Assembly: GCA_965227515.1 (NCBI GenBank)
Contig: CBDDFZ010000001.1
Span: 3,488,001-3,552,000, forward strand
Source: Alphaproteobacteria bacterium
GTDB taxonomy: Bacteria; Pseudomonadota; Alphaproteobacteria; CALKHQ01
DNA length: 64,000 nucleotides
Reading direction: 5' to 3'
In this document: positions 18,920-29,219 of the stretch, in pieces
Layout: the number at the start of each line of letters is the position of its first letter
How positions within the stretch are numbered: the first letter of the stretch is position 1
Translations under genes and position numbers: made by a program
Notes under the pieces: model-generated
Database searches by the model: none
What the model saw: only the letters and a program-made list of their open reading frames with translations
Told to the model about the DNA's origin: nothing

Positions 18920-21202
18920 GTGGCCGTGATGCACGCGAACGACGACAAACCGGGCCATGTGGCGGCGCGCGCCGAACCAGTGTTGTTCAGGCAGGCCGCC
19001 GACCCCGCCCCGCTGGCGAGCCTGCTGTTGCCGATCTGGCGTCGGCGATGGCAGTTCCTGGCCGCGGCGCTGCTGACCCTGGTCGCCGCATTCCTTGTCA
19101 TCGAGCAACTGCCGAAGAAATACACAGCCTCCGCCAGCATCCTGGTCGACCCACGCGAACGTCGGGTCACCGAGTTCGATGCGGTCGTGGATGCGCTGCC
19201 TGGCTCGTCGGAGACCGTCGCCAGCCAGATCGAGCTGCTGACGTCTGACACGGTGTTGCGCGCGGTGGTCGACCGTCTGGCACTGCAACGGTCGGAAGAA
19301 TGGAATCCGAATGGCGGCTCGCCGCGGCGTGGCCTGATTTCGCGCACCTTGATGTGGTTCGGCGCATCGGCGGACTGGGTGGATACCCTGGTCGGTGCCC
19401 CGGCATACGAGGAACTGGCGCCTGCGCAGCGCGCCGAGCTGGTCGAGACCAACATCGTGGACCGGGTCCGCCGCGCCTTGAATGTCGCACCGGCCGGGCG
19501 GTCGTTCGTCATCGACATCGAGGCCACGTCGCGCGACCGCGCCATGGCGCAGCAAATGGCCAATGCTGTCGCCGAGGTATTCATCGAGCAACAGCTGCAG
19601 GCCAAACAGGAGCTGACCCGCCAGGCCACCCAATGGCTCGAAGACCGGTTGGTCACGCTGCGGGCGGAGGTTGCGGTTGCCGAGCAGGCCCTCGACCATG
19701 CGCGCCTGGAGCTCGAATTGCGCCAGCAGCTCGACCCACTGCTAGTGGAGCGCCAGATCGACGAGCTGATCGGCATGACGTTGCAGGCCACGTTGCAACG
19801 GGTTCGTGCGGAGGCCCAGCTCAGCCAGGTCGAGACCTTGTTGGCCGAGCAGGGCACGACAGCCCTGTCGTCCCTGGTGCAGCCGTCCGACTTGTTCGCG
19901 GTCAACTACCAGCTCACCGAGTTGACCAATACCGCGGCGCAACTTGCCGCGCAGTACGGGCCGGACAACCCAACGGTTCAAGCCCTGGAAGCGCGCATCG
20001 CGCAGCTCGAGGCCCAGGCGACGGACAGCATTCTCGCCATCTACCGGCGCGACGTCGCCGAGGCAACGGCCACATTGGACCTGTTGCAGGAGCAACTTGA
20101 AGCTGCCCGGGTCCGTGCCTTGGACCTGAAGCGCGAGTTCGCCGACGCCGAGTTGGCATTGCGGGAGCTGGAGCGCGAGGCCGAGGCCAGCCGCACCATC
20201 TACGAGACGCTGCTGCTGCGCCTGAAAGAGACCGAACAGGGCGGGTTCGAGTCAGCCGACATCACCCTGGCTTCACGCGCCATATTGCCGTCCGAACAGA
20301 GCTGGCCGAACCGGACCGTCTTCCTGGCCGTGGCCCTGTTGCTGGCGGCAGGCGTCGGACTTGGCGTGGTCGGCCTGGGCGAGGCCCTGGAAAGCGGCTT
20401 CCGAGATGCAACCAAGCTGGAGGAAGCCTTCGGTGCGCCGTGCCTCGGCCTGATACCGGAGGAGCGAAATCCCAAGTTCCGCACCGATCCGGCGACGTAC
20501 TTGCGCAACGAGTCGTTGTCCCCGATCGCAGAGGCGCTGCGATCGCTCGCCTTCGTATGGCGCAGCCAATTCGGCCAGAAATGCCACGCCACCATGATCA
20601 CGTCTTCCCTGCCCGAGGAGGGCAAGTCGTCGACGGCCATTGGCCTGGCCTATTCCTTGGCGCTTGCCGGCCGAAAAGTCTGTCTCATCGACTGCGATAT
20701 TCGCCGTCCAACCGTTGGCAGACAGCTTGGGATCGCCAATTCAGTGACACTGCAGGACCTGCTCGCGGGCGCACAGGTTGAGTTTCCGAAGGCGTGGCGA
20801 CATGCCGATGTTCCATTGACGGTCATTCCGGCGGGCCCCCCGTCCAATACGAGGCACGACATTGGATTGGCGGAGTGGCTCCCGGCATTCTTTGCAAAAC
20901 TGAAGTCTCATTTCGACGTCATACTCGCTGACGCGCCGCCAATTCTCTCGTCCGCCGACAGCCGTGCGATCGCGCAGGCGTGCGACACCTCTGTCCTGGT
21001 CGTGCGATGGCGCAAGACGCCGCGCAATGCGGTCACCAAGACCTACCGAGAAATGAGAGTTGCCAACATCGCCATCGGCGGCGTCATCCTGTCGCGCGTG
21101 CGCACGTCCCGCGGCGCCTACTACGACTACAACTATCGTGCCCGTCCGGCGGACCCCGCGATGGCCAGTCACGGCGAAGCCGAGGAAAAGCGCGTAGGCT
21201 GA
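18920..21202 (+). CDS. wzc: Polysaccharide co-polymerase/tyrosine autokinase (Wzc/ExoP/GumC type)
   Basis: Wzz domain (YTASASILV, SQIELLTS), coiled coil, Walker A SSLPEEGKS, LIDCD, DAPP and Tyr cluster GAYYDYNY. Confidence 0.9.
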   Translation: MAVMHANDDKPGHVAARAEPVLFRQAADPAPLASLLLPIWRRRWQFLAAALLTLVAAFLVIEQLPKKYTASASILVDPRERRVTEFDAVVDALPGSSETVASQIELLTSDTVLRAVVDRLALQRSEEWNPNGGSPRRGLISRTLMWFGASADWVDTLVGAPAYEELAPAQRAELVETNIVDRVRRALNVAPAGRSFVIDIEATSRDRAMAQQMANAVAEVFIEQQLQAKQELTRQATQWLEDRLVTLRAEVAVAEQALDHARLELELRQQLDPLLVERQIDELIGMTLQATLQRVRAEAQLSQVETLLAEQGTTALSSLVQPSDLFAVNYQLTELTNTAAQLAAQYGPDNPTVQALEARIAQLEAQATDSILAIYRRDVAEATATLDLLQEQLEAARVRALDLKREFADAELALRELEREAEASRTIYETLLLRLKETEQGGFESADITLASRAILPSEQSWPNRTVFLAVALLLAAGVGLGVVGLGEALESGFRDATKLEEAFGAPCLGLIPEERNPKFRTDPATYLRNESLSPIAEALRSLAFVWRSQFGQKCHATMITSSLPEEGKSSTAIGLAYSLALAGRKVCLIDCDIRRPTVGRQLGIANSVTLQDLLAGAQVEFPKAWRHADVPLTVIPAGPPSNTRHDIGLAEWLPAFFAKLKSHFDVILADAPPILSSADSRAIAQACDTSVLVVRWRKTPRNAVTKTYREMRVANIAIGGVILSRVRTSRGAYYDYNYRARPADPAMASHGEAEEKRVG

Positions 21203-21203
21203 C

Positions 21204-21947
21204 ATGGGCTATCCCGCTAACGGTGGCGCGCTCCAGACGCGCCGGCGGCGCCGAGCGGGTGCAGCCGTCCTGTTCCTGCTGAGCGCCATGCTGCTGGCAT
21301 TGGCCGTGCCGCGCCTGTTGGCCGGGGTCACCAACATGGCCGGCGATGTCGTTGCCTTCGACATACGCTATGACCGCCCCGTCACCCGGCGCGACCTGGG
21401 CGTCCTGATCGCCACCCGCTCCGGCGCCAACGGCTGGCTCAGCGCGCCGGCCAACTATCGTGAAATATCGGTGGCGACCTATCGCCTGGCGCTGCTGACC
21501 GACGACGCGGCAGTGCGCGCCGACCTGTTCGAGCAGGCGCGTGCCGCCAGTTCCACCGCCATCGCCATGGCACCTGCGGACCCATTCATGTGGGCCATTC
21601 GCTCCCAGGCCCTGGTCCAGCTCGGCGGAGACCGGCAACAGGCGCTAGAAGACCTGCGCCGCCTCAACCTGACGGGCCGGTTCGACCCCGAACTCTATGC
21701 CGAGCGGGTGGCGTTGCCGCTGGTGCTGTGGGACTTGCTGGACGAGAACGACCGCGCCCAAGCCAGCGAGGCGGCTCGCGCACTGGTGGATGCCAGGCCG
21801 GAAGCCCTCGCCGCCATGGGTTCCGACCAGCAAACCCGGACCCGGGTCATGGGCTTGCTGGCGGATCGCGACCTGATAGCGCGCTACCTGGACGCCCTGA
21901 ACGCCGCGACAGCCGACAGCCGGCCGGGGGACGAACACGATGAGTAG
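21204..21947 (+). CDS. Hypothetical membrane-anchored alpha-helical (TPR-like) protein
   Basis: Basic N-terminus plus hydrophobic helix; AIAMAPADPFMW TPR-like turn; tightly coupled to both neighbours. Confidence 0.65.
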   Translation: MGYPANGGALQTRRRRRAGAAVLFLLSAMLLALAVPRLLAGVTNMAGDVVAFDIRYDRPVTRRDLGVLIATRSGANGWLSAPANYREISVATYRLALLTDDAAVRADLFEQARAASSTAIAMAPADPFMWAIRSQALVQLGGDRQQALEDLRRLNLTGRFDPELYAERVALPLVLWDLLDENDRAQASEAARALVDARPEALAAMGSDQQTRTRVMGLLADRDLIARYLDALNAATADSRPGDEHDE

Positions 21948-23388
21948 CGCGCAACACGGCATGCGCGGGGCTTACTATGCCACCCCGGAACGCTCGTTGC
22001 CGGCAAGCCGTCGTCCCAAGGTCGACCGCTGGCTGCTGGTCTGCCTCGCCGTGCTGCTGGCGCTGGCGCCATTGCCCTTCGGTTCGGCCCGCCCCTGGGC
22101 GACGGCCGCGGTGGCCTTGGCAGTCGGGGGCATCGGCCTGATCGCCGCCCTCGCCGCGTGGCGCAAGACCCCAAGCGCCACCGAACCGCCCGTGCCGGTG
22201 TCACTCTGGCTTGTCGTGCCGTTTGCCATGGTCTGCATGCACGCAGCCCTGCAATCCGCGCTGGCGGTGCCGCAGGGGATGGCGCATCCGGTGTGGGCGA
22301 TGGCGCGCGACACCGCCATCGACAACCTCGCCATGACCATCAGTGCCAACCCTGCCGCCGGGCTGGAGGCGGTCATGCGGTTGCTCGCCATGGGCGTCGC
22401 GTTTCTGCTGGCCCGGCGCCTGGCACAATCGCAGCGGCGGGCGCGCCAGCTCGTCACGGCGCTGGCCCTGATCTCCGGCGCATACAGCTTCTACGGCATC
22501 CTGGCGCACATCTCCGGCAGCGAGACGATCCTGTGGTTGGAGCGCTGGTCGCATCAGGGCAGCCTCAGCGGCACCTTCGTCAGCCGCAACAGCCACGCCG
22601 TGTTCGCCGGGCTCGGCCTGTTGTGCTGTGTAGCCGCGATTACGGCGCAGGTGGCCAGGATTGCGCGGCCCGACGACCTCATGCGCGAGCGAGTCGTCTC
22701 CGTGCTGGAGATCGCCGGGCCGCTGTTGGCTGTCGTGGCCGCGGCCCTGCTGTGCAATCTGGTCGCCCTGGTGCTGACCCAGTCGCGCGCCGGTACAGCC
22801 TCCAGCGCGCTGGCGCTGCTGGTCTTGATCGGCCTGCTGTGGCGCGGCAGCCGGCGGCGGCGCGGCGCCAATCTGGTCGTATTGGGGCTGGTCGCCGTGG
22901 TTGCGCTGTATGCCGTCCTGGCCGGTGGCGGCCTGTTCGAGCGGCTGGCCGGCACCGACATCGCCACCAACGAGCGCATGGAGGTCTACCGGGCGACGCT
23001 GCGCGCGATTGCGGATCGGCCGCTGCTCGGCCACGGGCTCGCCGCTTTCGAGGACGTGTTCCATCTCTACCGGACCAGCGGCATGCCCTCGAATTGGGCG
23101 CATGACCACAACACCTACCTCGGCATGGCGATGGAACTGGGCATTCCGGCGGCCGCCCTGATGCTGTTCGTCTTCGCGGCCCTCGCTTTCAGGCTTGCCC
23201 GGCACAGCGGTCGCAAGACCTGGATGTACCCGCTGCCCGCACTCGGCCTGACGGCGCTGGTGCTTGTGGGCGCCAATGCCCTGCTCGACTTCAGTATCGA
23301 GATCCCGGCGATCGGGCTGATGCTGGCCTGCATCCTGGGCGCCGCCGACGGTCGCGCCCGGCGCGCCGGCGACCGCCACGGCCGGTAA
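21940..23388 (+). CDS. O-antigen ligase/Wzy_C family membrane protein
   Basis: GTFVSRN, LTQSRAG, RPLLGHG and AHDHNTYL....ELG motifs; many TM helices. Confidence 0.88.
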   Translation: MSSAQHGMRGAYYATPERSLPASRRPKVDRWLLVCLAVLLALAPLPFGSARPWATAAVALAVGGIGLIAALAAWRKTPSATEPPVPVSLWLVVPFAMVCMHAALQSALAVPQGMAHPVWAMARDTAIDNLAMTISANPAAGLEAVMRLLAMGVAFLLARRLAQSQRRARQLVTALALISGAYSFYGILAHISGSETILWLERWSHQGSLSGTFVSRNSHAVFAGLGLLCCVAAITAQVARIARPDDLMRERVVSVLEIAGPLLAVVAAALLCNLVALVLTQSRAGTASSALALLVLIGLLWRGSRRRRGANLVVLGLVAVVALYAVLAGGGLFERLAGTDIATNERMEVYRATLRAIADRPLLGHGLAAFEDVFHLYRTSGMPSNWAHDHNTYLGMAMELGIPAAALMLFVFAALAFRLARHSGRKTWMYPLPALGLTALVLVGANALLDFSIEIPAIGLMLACILGAADGRARRAGDRHGR

Positions 23389-23417
23389 CGCCAGCGACCG
23401 CCACGGCCAGTAGCGCC
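23364..23417 (+). repeat. 25-bp tandem duplication of the ligase gene 3' end
   Basis: CGCCGGCGACCGCCACGGCCGGTAA (23364-23388) followed by CGCCAGCGACCGCCACGGCCAGTAG (23389-23413) and CGCC; 3 mismatches. Confidence 0.8.
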
Positions 23418-23427
23418 TCGCGACGGC

Positions 23428-24726
23428 CTAAGACGACAGTCGCGCCCGAGCGAGTTGGCGGTATGCCCGCACGAAATAGACGACCAGACCCGCATGCAGT
23501 GCCACGTCTGCGATCAAGAGCGTGGCCGCCGCGCCATAGGTCTCTGCAAGGAGCACCAGCGGAAAGACCGCAACCGCTGCAATCGAAACCTGGATAACTG
23601 CCACATGCAGGAATGGGCGCGTCTGCTCCAGCGCATGTAGTCCACCACCCGTCGGCACAGCAAAGAAACGGACCAGATAGATGACGCAATATAGCAATAT
23701 CAAGTAGTGATAGGCTGCGTATTCATCGCCAAACACGAGGTCCATGATTTGATCCGAAAACACGCCCACGAACAATACGACGACCACGGTGACAACAGCC
23801 CCGATCTTGGTCGCCTCCACCAGAGCATCGCGAAATCCCGTTAGGTTCTTGTCCCCTATGTATTTGCTGAGCACGGGTATCAAGGCGTTCTCGGCACCGC
23901 GAAAGAGCACATTCAGCACATTCATGATCGTCTCACACGCTCGCATCGCGCCGACCGCTGCCGTACCGACCAGCCAGCCTGCAACCAGATAAACTATGCC
24001 GACCGATGCCAGCTGAAGCAGCGCCGACACGCCGAGCCATTTGCCAAACCGCCAGTGCCGGCGCACGAAGGTCCGAAACAGCGTGGCCTGCAAGCTTGGG
24101 CGCGGCATGCAGGCGGCTGCACCGGCGGCCGCGACCAGGCCGCATCCGGCAAGCATCCAGACGATATCGGGGATGGCGACAGGCTCTTCCGCGATGATCA
24201 CGATTGCCAGCAGTACCGCAACCTGCAATCCATAGCGGGCGACATCGAGCATCAAAGCGGCCTTCCGCCGCTGCATTGCCAGGAAGATCCGGCGATAATA
24301 CTCATGGAGCGGGATCGTCAGGCTGGCGACCGCAACGGACAGGGCCAAGGAAACAGGCTGATCGATGACGATTATCTGATTTGCGACGACAAAGACCAGA
24401 ATGGTCAGCCCGAACACCGCTGTGGACAGCACGGCCTGGAGGACCAAAGTTGCGCCATAGTATGATCGAACGCGATCGGGATCGACTTTCGGTGTGATCA
24501 CCATCATCGGAGCCCCGACCAGCGCGATCTGAAGGGCCAGTACGAAAAGGATCAGCAGCCAGTAGAGGCTGTACTGCCCGAACATTTCGATGCCCAGGTG
24601 CCGTGCGAGGAGAACGCCAGTGGCGAAGTTGGCACCGCTCACCACCATCTGGTCCAGTAGGGCCCAGCCCATCGTCCTCGGCACCGCGGTAAGGCGTGCG
24701 AACCTGCCCGAGTACCCACGATTCAC
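23428..24726 (-). CDS. wzx: Oligosaccharide flippase (Wzx)
   Basis: LLDQMVVSGANF..LLARHLG..FG N-terminus, about 12 TM helices, VFGDEY motif; visibly more AT-rich. Confidence 0.85.
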   Translation of the reverse strand: MNRGYSGRFARLTAVPRTMGWALLDQMVVSGANFATGVLLARHLGIEMFGQYSLYWLLILFVLALQIALVGAPMMVITPKVDPDRVRSYYGATLVLQAVLSTAVFGLTILVFVVANQIIVIDQPVSLALSVAVASLTIPLHEYYRRIFLAMQRRKAALMLDVARYGLQVAVLLAIVIIAEEPVAIPDIVWMLAGCGLVAAAGAAACMPRPSLQATLFRTFVRRHWRFGKWLGVSALLQLASVGIVYLVAGWLVGTAAVGAMRACETIMNVLNVLFRGAENALIPVLSKYIGDKNLTGFRDALVEATKIGAVVTVVVVLFVGVFSDQIMDLVFGDEYAAYHYLILLYCVIYLVRFFAVPTGGGLHALEQTRPFLHVAVIQVSIAAVAVFPLVLLAETYGAAATLLIADVALHAGLVVYFVRAYRQLARARLSS

Positions 24727-25006
24727 CGATCAAGGCTCCTTTCGATGGCGCGTGTCGCGCGGCGGTGAATCCGCAGGCAGACTGCTTTGGCGCGACTCAG
24801 GTAAGTGGCAATATCCTGCCAACTTGTGAATGCCAACATGTTCGGCAGGTACGAAACCCTTAGATCAGTCAGCCAAACGTCCGGTAGTTCGACATGACCC
24901 TGGGACCTGGCTCACGAAAGACCGCACCGGTGGGGAAACGGGCACCTTGACATTCAGGCATTCCAACAAGGACGACCATGCAGCACCGCCCGGACTGCCG
25001 CATGCG

Positions 25007-26134
25007 ATGTCTATGGCGGCCAAAGCACCCACAATCAGGATTACGCCGCTAATCTATGCCGTGGTCGTGTTTTTCTATTTCACGTTTCCAGATATTCGGC
25101 CCTTCCGTCTCGCGATATACCTCATACCCGCGCTATTGGTGGCGGAACTGATCGCACAACGCACTGTTCGATTCTACCGGCTTATTGCCGCTGCTTTTGT
25201 TACGTATTCCGCACTTTTGTTGCCATTCGTCATATCCGAGGATGCGGTCGGATTTCCCCGCGACGAAATGATCTTCCTTGCATCGTCAATGTTCATGTTC
25301 GTTTTCTGGTATCGAACCGATGAGCTTATCTTGCACGCGCTGCTTGCAGTCGGTGGCCTCAGCGTTGTTGCGCTTTTGCTGTTTGCACCGTCAAACAATA
25401 CCTCACTATCCCTGGTAGCCGGCACGGGCTTTGCGGAAACCAGCCTCGGCCTGATACTACCGTTGGTCAGTATCGCCTATTATCTTCGGGGATACTGGAT
25501 GTTGTTCGCGATATCCATTGTCGTCGATTACTTTTTATTCAAGAGGATCGCCCTATTCGCGCTTCTGTGCACGCTGGCGGTCGACTTTTTCATCTATCGG
25601 CGCAGCGCCGACAGACCTCCATCCAATTCACATCGCTTGGTGGCGGCCATATCAACATCGGTCGTAGTGCTTATCGCACTCAACCTGCGTGCGCTATTCG
25701 ATTTCTTGTCGGATTTCCTCCAGTCGTTCGCCGGCATCACGGTCGCACCGAACGATCTCTCGTCCGGCCGATACGCGGCCCTCGACATCTATTGGACCGA
25801 CCTGACCGCCAGAAGCTCAATGCTTGAGTGGCTGTTTGGCAATGGACCAGGATACACCACATCGCTGATACGGTCGGACTACGATCTACAGGAATGGAAC
25901 TTCACCCACCTTCATAATGACTGGATCCGGTTGCTCGGCGACTACGGAATCCTGGGCATGGGCGTCGCGGCCGCCGCCTTCATGTGGGCCATGTCGCGCG
26001 ACCGGGTTACCGCGCTGATTGCGCTCTATTCCATGCTGGTCCTGTTGACCGACAACATATTGACATATCTGAGCTACTGGATCGCCGCGGCCTTCGTCTT
26101 GCGTTGCGTGACAGCGACCCGGCAACGCGCATGA
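25007..26134 (+). CDS. Putative polysaccharide polymerase (Wzy)
   Basis: Very hydrophobic; LSSGR, WLFGNGPG and HLHNDW...DYGILG; AT-rich; stop overlaps the next ATG. Start uncertain. Confidence 0.75.
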   Translation: MSMAAKAPTIRITPLIYAVVVFFYFTFPDIRPFRLAIYLIPALLVAELIAQRTVRFYRLIAAAFVTYSALLLPFVISEDAVGFPRDEMIFLASSMFMFVFWYRTDELILHALLAVGGLSVVALLLFAPSNNTSLSLVAGTGFAETSLGLILPLVSIAYYLRGYWMLFAISIVVDYFLFKRIALFALLCTLAVDFFIYRRSADRPPSNSHRLVAAISTSVVVLIALNLRALFDFLSDFLQSFAGITVAPNDLSSGRYAALDIYWTDLTARSSMLEWLFGNGPGYTTSLIRSDYDLQEWNFTHLHNDWIRLLGDYGILGMGVAAAAFMWAMSRDRVTALIALYSMLVLLTDNILTYLSYWIAAAFVLRCVTATRQRA

Positions 26135-27327
26135 AGATATTGCTGCTCCACAACTACTATCAGCAACCCGGCGGCGAGGATGTGGTGTTGGCCAATGAGA
26201 TGTCCCTGCTCGAAGCCAATGGGCACGAGGTGGAGACCTATCTGGTCGACAACGATGACATTCGGGACATGAGCGCCCCGGCTGTTGCGGCGGGCACGAT
26301 TTGGAGCCGCAGGTCGTATCGCCGCATACGCGAACGGGTTCGCCAGTTCCAGCCGACGGTCGCTCATTTCCACAACACGCTGCCACTGATCTCTCCAGCG
26401 GGTTTCCATGCCGCGCGCGCCGAAGGTGCGGCGGTCGTGCAAACGCTGCACAACTATCGGCTCGCCTGCCCCGGTACGACGCTCTTCCGAGATGGTCACG
26501 TGTGCGAGGATTGTTTGGGAAAGCTGCCCTGGCGTGGCGTGTTGCATGGCTGCTACCGCAACAGCCGGCTGCAAACGGGCGGCGTCGCAGCCATGCTAGC
26601 AACGCACCGAATGTTGCGAACATGGACACGCAAGGTGGACCTTTACATCGCTTTGACCGCATTCGCCCGTGACAAGCTGTTGGCGACTGGCCTGCGTGCC
26701 GATCGGGTGGTCGTCAAACCAAACTTCCTAGCCGGAAACGTTGATGTGCCAGACGGCTCGGACGGCCCGCGCCAGGGCGGATTGTTCGTTGGCCGGCTCA
26801 GCGCGGAGAAAGGCATCTCACCGATGCTGGAAGCCTGGCGATCGTTGAATGTGCCGCTCAGGCTTGTCGGCAGCGGACCGCTCGATGCCCAGGTGCGGAA
26901 TACCGGGGTCGCGAGCGTGGAAATCCTGGGCGCCCAGCCACGCGAAGAAGTTGCCGCCCTGATGCGCCAGGCCCAATTCCTCGTTGTCCCGTCGGTTTGG
27001 TACGAAGGCTTCCCGATGGTCGTGGTCGAAGCATATGCCCATGGCCTTCCCGTCATTGCTTCCAGGCTCGGCTCGCTTGCCGAAGTGGTCGACGACCAGG
27101 TCACCGGCCTGCACGTCAATCCAGGCGACCCTGACGACCTCGCCGCCAAGGTGGCGTGGGCCGTCAGCAATTCGGACCGGATGAGGGAGATGGGCAGGAA
27201 TGCCCAACGTCGCTTCCAGGAGCGCTATACGGCGGACACCAATCTCAGGCTGCTGTTGGCGTGCTACGATCAGGCGATTGCGCGACGCGGTGCAGAAATG
27301 CGCGGTGCAACGCCGACCGCCGCTTGA
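26131..27327 (+). CDS. Glycosyltransferase family 4
   Basis: MKILLLHNYYQQPGGED, FVGRLSAEKG and EGFPMVVVEA (E-X7-E). Confidence 0.92.
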   Translation: MKILLLHNYYQQPGGEDVVLANEMSLLEANGHEVETYLVDNDDIRDMSAPAVAAGTIWSRRSYRRIRERVRQFQPTVAHFHNTLPLISPAGFHAARAEGAAVVQTLHNYRLACPGTTLFRDGHVCEDCLGKLPWRGVLHGCYRNSRLQTGGVAAMLATHRMLRTWTRKVDLYIALTAFARDKLLATGLRADRVVVKPNFLAGNVDVPDGSDGPRQGGLFVGRLSAEKGISPMLEAWRSLNVPLRLVGSGPLDAQVRNTGVASVEILGAQPREEVAALMRQAQFLVVPSVWYEGFPMVVVEAYAHGLPVIASRLGSLAEVVDDQVTGLHVNPGDPDDLAAKVAWAVSNSDRMREMGRNAQRRFQERYTADTNLRLLLACYDQAIARRGAEMRGATPTAA

Positions 27328-28318
27328 AGGCGAAAAAGTTATAACCGCGCGAGGCGCGTCGTTTCACGGCCTTGATCTGCGCAACATCTGTCATGTTGCG
27401 GAAGCGCGCGCCGTCAAAGAAGTACACATCCAGCCCCCTGGCCAACACGGCATGGCTGACGCTGCACGCGGGGTCGGCGCCATGATCCTCATAGATGATC
27501 AGGACATCGCGCCGCAGGGTGTCTGCCGCGCCTTCGAGTGCGTCGATCTCCGCGCCTTCGACATCCAGCTTCAAGACAATCGTCGCCGCATCGGGGCAAT
27601 GGTTCTGGACCAATACATCGACGCTGGTGGCCGGCGTATCCTCGCCACCAGACAGCGACTGCGATGGTGCTTCCGCCGAGATCGAGGCGCCGACATTGGA
27701 GATGTGATTGGGGTCGGTTCGGATCGTGACAGTTCCCTCGCCGGAAGACGTCGCTGCCGCGTGTACGCATGTGAACCGGTCAGCGTTGCGCGTCGCAATC
27801 GCCGCCAGCATGCGAAATGTGGCCGAGACAGGCTCCACCGCCACCGCTCTATGCGCCCCGAACGCCGGCGACGAAACAAGAACGCTCCAGAAGCCGTAGT
27901 TTGCACCGACATCAAGAAATACAAAATCCTCGGCGCCGATGGCCTCGAACACTGCCAGAAGCTCGGTTTCGTAGCTAAACTGGGGGCTGAGCAGGCGGTT
28001 CCAGTAGGGGTCGGCCAGGCGAAACGCGAACTGAGAACCGGCGCCGATCTCGATCTCGATTGTCTCGCCCCTGCGGGCCAACCGCGAAAGACGACTGTTG
28101 ATTGGGTAGTAGAACTTGCCACCGATCAGGGATGTCGCCCATCCGACACATTTTATGCACCAGGCGAGAAACCGCACGCGGAAAGGCACTTGTCCCGCAA
28201 GCCGATCGGCGACCGCGCCTTTCGACCAGGTGGCGTCGCCACGGCCAACCGAGAGGTCCTGCGCTGAACCGAGGAAATTTGCCTCATGCGCGTGATAACC
28301 GATGATCCGCCGCAGCAT
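27245..28318 (-). CDS. FkbM-family SAM-dependent methyltransferase
   Basis: FLDVGANYGFWS, AVEP and LKLDVEGAE motifs. Start may be the GTG at 28351. Confidence 0.88.
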   Translation of the reverse strand: MLRRIIGYHAHEANFLGSAQDLSVGRGDATWSKGAVADRLAGQVPFRVRFLAWCIKCVGWATSLIGGKFYYPINSRLSRLARRGETIEIEIGAGSQFAFRLADPYWNRLLSPQFSYETELLAVFEAIGAEDFVFLDVGANYGFWSVLVSSPAFGAHRAVAVEPVSATFRMLAAIATRNADRFTCVHAAATSSGEGTVTIRTDPNHISNVGASISAEAPSQSLSGGEDTPATSVDVLVQNHCPDAATIVLKLDVEGAEIDALEGAADTLRRDVLIIYEDHGADPACSVSHAVLARGLDVYFFDGARFRNMTDVAQIKAVKRRASRGYNFFAFKRRSALHRAFLHRVAQSPDRSTPTAA

Positions 28319-28412
28319 CCCTGAGTTCACCGAGACCTGCGGATCAACCACCGCGCCACGCCAACGGGCTCCGCAGGAGCTCGTTACCAAACGCGGCGCA
28401 CCGGCTGACCTG

Positions 28413-29219
28413 CTACCCATACCGCACCATGCCATCGGGGGCCGCGGCACCGGCCGCACGCACCGGCGCCAGGCCAATGCGCTGCAAACCGATCATCGCC
28501 AGGTACAACGGATTCAGGAAGACATACCGCCGCCATAGCCGGCGCGGTTCGCGGATCAGCCGATAGAGCCATTCCAGCCCGCGCTTCTGCCACCACTCCG
28601 GCGCCTGGGCGAGCTTGCCGGCGTGAAACGCGAACGCGGCCCCGACCGCGATCATCGGCATCGGCAGGTCCTCCAGGTGCTCGTAGACCCAGACCTCCTG
28701 GCGGGGGCAGCCCAGGCCGACGAATAGGATCGCGGCACCGCTGGCCTTGATCTCGCCGATCTCCTCGGCCCGCTCGGCGTCACTCAAGGTGCGAAAACGC
28801 GACGGACGGCAACCTGCGATGACAAGGTCGGGATACCTAGCCTCCAACCGCGCGGTCAACGCCGCCAGCATGTCGGCGTCGCTGCCCATGAAAAATACTG
28901 GCAGCTTCTCGCGCGCCGCCATTTCGCAGACCCGCAGCGTGAGGTTTGGGCCGTAGACGCGGTCCGGCAGTCGCTTGCGATGCAGCCAGCCGAGCGCCCA
29001 GCGCACAGGCTGCCCGTCGGGGACCAGCATGTCGAGGCGGTTGAGCCGGAACCGCTGCTGCCGGTCCAGCGCGCCCGTCATCAGGCCGTGCACGGCCAGC
29101 GCCGAGACGCCGAAGGCCCGCTTTTCCTGGGCGGCGATCCTGATCTTGTCGACCGCCGCGTCATAGTCGACACCGCTGACGCGCACGCCCAGGATCTCGT
29201 GCCGGCCCAGGTCAAGCAT
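28413..29219 (-). CDS. WecB/TagA/CpsF family glycosyltransferase (GT26)
   Basis: [29 protein letters not shown] and [17 protein letters not shown]. Confidence 0.92.
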   Translation of the reverse strand: MLDLGRHEILGVRVSGVDYDAAVDKIRIAAQEKRAFGVSALAVHGLMTGALDRQQRFRLNRLDMLVPDGQPVRWALGWLHRKRLPDRVYGPNLTLRVCEMAAREKLPVFFMGSDADMLAALTARLEARYPDLVIAGCRPSRFRTLSDAERAEEIGEIKASGAAILFVGLGCPRQEVWVYEHLEDLPMPMIAVGAAFAFHAGKLAQAPEWWQKRGLEWLYRLIREPRRLWRRYVFLNPLYLAMIGLQRIGLAPVRAAGAAAPDGMVRYG

